Shown here: one piece after another, positions 63,794-64,000 of the stretch
Numbering within the stretch: position 1 is the stretch's first letter
How the letters are laid out: each line of letters begins with the position of its first letter
From: Candidatus Hydrogenedentota bacterium
GTDB taxonomy: Bacteria > Hydrogenedentota > Hydrogenedentia > Hydrogenedentales > SLHB01
Direction: 5' to 3'
Assembly (NCBI GenBank): GCA_963668025.2
Contig: CAXXTH010000011.1
Span: 160,001-224,000 of the forward strand
DNA: 64,000 nt
The notes under the pieces: generated by a model
The model's input: only the letters and a program-made list of their open reading frames with translations
Database searches by the model: none
Told to the model about the DNA's origin: nothing
Translations under genes and position numbers: made by a program

Positions 63794-64000
63794 TCAGTAC
63801 TGGATCCCTTCTGCTGGTCCTGAAGCTGGCACTCTTCCAGCCTGTCCAATCGCCTGTTGAAACTCAACAGATGTCGTGAAATTGGGGTCCCACTCGAAGT
63901 TGTCCGGGTCGTCCTCGCCTGCGTTCACCATCCACGGGTGCTGCAGCAACTGCTCGGCGGTTGGGCGGTCGTGTGGGTTGGGCTGCAGGCACTTATTCAT
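63794..64000 (-). CDS. C-terminal end of a eukaryotic-type Ser/Thr protein kinase (partial)
   Basis: Subdomain XI KCLQPNPHDRPTAEQLLQHPWM. Confidence 0.75.
   Translation of the reverse strand: MNKCLQPNPHDRPTAEQLLQHPWMVNAGEDDPDNFEWDPNFTTSVEFQQAIGQAGRVPASGPAEGIQY

Noticed and set aside
1-64000. CRISPR array, rRNA or tRNA genes
   Set aside because: No regularly spaced direct repeats, cas genes or recognisable structural RNA motifs seen by eye

Overview
Bases 1 to ~62,450 are bacterial chromosome. Paired prepilin/DUF1559/H-X9-DG proteins, DUF4139 paralogs and many secreted glycoside hydrolases suggest a PVC-like or Candidatus Hydrogenedentes-like organism (inference only). Contents: the right end of an IS630 element, fabI, two near-identical DUF4139 genes, a glutaminyl cyclase, a minor-pilin operon, a Hel308/Ski2-like helicase fused to an OmpR-type winged helix, apparently degenerate GH38- and sulfatase-like proteins, a radical SAM/SPASM + HD pair, an lplA-XPB-addB-addA-peptidase-oxidoreductase-glgX run, secA, a carbohydrate locus (2x DUF1559, surface protein, GH29 fucosidase), an IS1380 remnant and several REP/MITE-like repeats. 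The best novelty candidates are an easily missed 49-aa Cys/Trp-rich peptide with its own sigma70 promoter and RBS (10448-10597), the helicase-wHTH fusion, and XPB coupled to AddAB. The last ~1.55 kb looks eukaryotic and kinetoplastid-like (LRR-calpain-domain gene, Ser/Thr kinase end, polypyrimidine spacer), most likely a chimeric join. Ten frameshifts, all fixed by deleting one base and one of them in essential secA, point to long-read insertion errors. No rRNA, tRNA or CRISPR array was seen. All family calls come from motif recognition by eye, not from database searches.
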